Part shown: piece after piece, positions 5,142 to 5,863 of the stretch | Numbering within the stretch: the first letter of the stretch is position 1 | Layout: every line of letters begins with the position of its first letter | Origin: a virus | Lineage: Duplodnaviria; Heunggongvirae; Uroviricota; Caudoviricetes | Virus record (IMG/VR): IMGVR_UViG_3300018486_000129 | Coordinates: 1-5,863 of that record | Direction: 5' to 3' (one strand) | DNA length: 5,863 nucleotides | Made by a program: the position numbers and the translations under genes | The notes under the pieces: generated by a model | What the model was told of the DNA's origin: nothing | Seen by the model: only the letters and a program-made list of their open reading frames with translations | The model's database searches: none

Positions 5142-5810
5142 TTATGCTTCCTGAATACGCTTAAACTCAATTACCCATACCCACGGGTTAGATAGCCAGT
5201 TCTCTTGCCCGTAAATACCGCGCCAGATATCACCAAAGCCAACGCGATAAACAGCTTCCGGCGGTGTAATCTTGTACGTCGCCGGAGATGCGCCTTCCGC
5301 TTTAGCATCTGCCTCGCTCATGTCATGCAGCCGTTCCACACGCACGTCGGTAATTTCCAACAGAATGCGTGATGCCCATCGCGGCATGTGAATTGATGGA
5401 CGCCACCCACCATCAAACTTTTCATTCACAGTGTGAGGTTTCCAGTCGGCATCATCGGGTATCGACCACAAGCCGTAATCACCAGGCTTTTGCTCACAAC
5501 TGGCCCGATAAATCCTTGCTGCGTTCTTCTCATCGCCACGACAAAGGTTGTCGTTCCAGTCCACACTGCAACCATCCTCATTGCCTAATATCGCCCACGC
5601 CTCGCGGACCCATATGCGATCACCAACGTTACCGAACGGGCATAAACCATGTTCCGGTGCATCCATAACGTGGGTATAGACACCATTGCGTTTCTTTGTC
5701 GGTTTACGGATAACCAGGCAGTTATCGGCCCTGACATTTTTTACAGGTCGGCGAGTCTGCGTTTTCCTTCCTTCGAGGATGGCCCGGACCATCTCATCGT
5801 TAAAAATCAT
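5142..5810 (-). CDS. ASCH-domain (PUA-like fold) protein, about 222 aa
   Basis: Start set at ATG 5810 (MIFNDEMVRAILEGRKTQTRRPV...) because the ORF-track start at 5837 is a GTG whose first codons contain the likely RBS. N-terminal GRKTQTRR...GDRIWVRE and C-terminal VWVIEFKRI resemble the ASCH signature (compare E. coli YqfB, from memory). Confidence 0.65.
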   Translation of the reverse strand: MIFNDEMVRAILEGRKTQTRRPVKNVRADNCLVIRKPTKKRNGVYTHVMDAPEHGLCPFGNVGDRIWVREAWAILGNEDGCSVDWNDNLCRGDEKNAARIYRASCEQKPGDYGLWSIPDDADWKPHTVNEKFDGGWRPSIHMPRWASRILLEITDVRVERLHDMSEADAKAEGASPATYKITPPEAVYRVGFGDIWRGIYGQENWLSNPWVWVIEFKRIQEA

Positions 5811-5863
5811 GCCGCGCTCTTTCACTCTCCCTCCCACGTTTTCAGACTTTCACCACAAAACGG

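Noticed and set aside
5369-5668. 99-aa His-rich plus-strand ORF
   Set aside because: Antisense to the ASCH-domain gene; the composition looks like an antisense artefact.
1-5863. CRISPR array, IS element or transposase
   Set aside because: No spacer-separated direct repeats, no terminal inverted repeats bracketing a transposase-like ORF, and no DDE or integrase-like ORF found on inspection.

Overview
This window looks like a prophage or phage late-region segment in an enterobacterial-type genome, with every credible gene on the minus strand (read from high to low coordinate). In transcription order it holds an ASCH/PUA-like protein, a 114-aa hypothetical, an Ead/Ea22-like protein, a 63-aa basic ORF, a ~335-bp non-coding leader ending in an intrinsic terminator, a lysis cassette (two membrane proteins, GH108-type endolysin, overlapping Rz/Rz1-like spanins), a phage-borne tRNA with CAU anticodon, an MT-A70-like N6-adenine DNA methyltransferase, a coupled pair of small unknown genes, a second intrinsic terminator and the start of a further gene. 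No integrase, CRISPR array or IS element is visible. The points most worth follow-up are the terminator abutting the lysis cassette with no Q-like antiterminator in view, the hairpin-flanked tRNA plus orphan methyltransferase module bounded by AT-only palindromes, and the uncharacterised 89-aa/66-aa operon. All family assignments come from reading the translated ORFs by eye; no database search was run.
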